Position numbers and translations under genes: made by a program. Positions 63,401-64,000 of a stretch of 64,000 nucleotides of DNA are shown piece by piece; positions within the stretch are counted from its first letter, which is position 1; each line of letters opens with the position of its first letter. The stretch comes from Squalus acanthias (lineage: Eukaryota). The stretch lies in contig CM059431.1 of the NCBI GenBank assembly GCA_030390025.1, forward strand, positions 122,390,001 to 122,454,000, given 5' to 3'. The notes under the pieces were generated by a model. It was not told where the DNA came from. It saw only the letters and a program-made list of their open reading frames with translations, and did no database searches.

Positions 63401-64000
63401 GCTGCTTTTTATAACTAACAATCACATCCTAATCCTGAGCCTCAAAATCAGCTGAGTACTTGCTCCCCATTGTCCTACAAGATAATCAACTCTCAAGCAT
63501 CTGCTGTATCAATAATTCCAGTGATTTATTGCAGCTAGTTACAAAAACATTACGCGCTTTCTTCATGATGCACACGCCTTCTGACCACAACCTTTTCCCT
63601 GGCCTATTCTAACACTTCCTGTAAGTGTCGCCAAATGGTCTGGGGTCTAAGGTGTAAATGGTTGCACAAAGCTATTATGAGTATCTTGGGATGGAAGTGG
63701 CTCTTCTTTCATGCCCCCTGATTCCTAGATAGGCCCAGGACCGCCTGACTGGGGCTGATTTTCACTGCCTTTGCATGGCGTTAATGGCCTCAAAGTGCGG
63801 TGGGAAGCCTTATTGTCTCGTTAACATCGGCAAGGCAGCCGGCTCTATTTTGAAAGGGACCTACTGCCAGGTATCCAAAGTACCTGCCTGTTTCAGGTGA
63901 TAGACTTCTTTTAATATAGAAATCAGGGGCCAATGACATAAATAGGACCCCAATTGCTATTTTAGGTTAGAACTGTTGGCAGCCTGTGCAGTGCACACTC

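Overview
Eukaryotic, repeat-saturated genomic DNA, almost certainly from a cartilaginous fish (shark or ray). The basis is HE1-type tRNA/V-SINEs plus abundant CR1 LINEs with (TTCTATG)n-type tails. No intact host gene could be identified; only weak candidate minus-strand exons were seen. The window is dominated by PIF/Harbinger DNA transposons (intron-containing Myb/SANT gene plus a convergent HARBI1-like DDE transposase), their deletion derivatives and MITEs. Also present are CR1, L2 and a Crack/L2B-like LINE, two solo LTRs, AmnSINE2-like SINEs and Penelope-like 3' fragments, often nested three deep. Most notable: (i) an intact minimal type I hammerhead ribozyme core in a Penelope-like fragment (39744-39780, minus); (ii) three independent Harbinger lineages that excised the transposase DDE core but kept both termini and the Myb DNA-binding exon, one amplified to 3 full copies here; (iii) a shared CRE + TTAAAGG module and GCGCTAA subterminal arrays across Harbinger ends; (iv) a 1659-bp TG..CA solo LTR with a 4-bp TSD. 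Family names come from recognition of motifs, not from database searches. Boundaries without a stated TIR/TSD are approximate.
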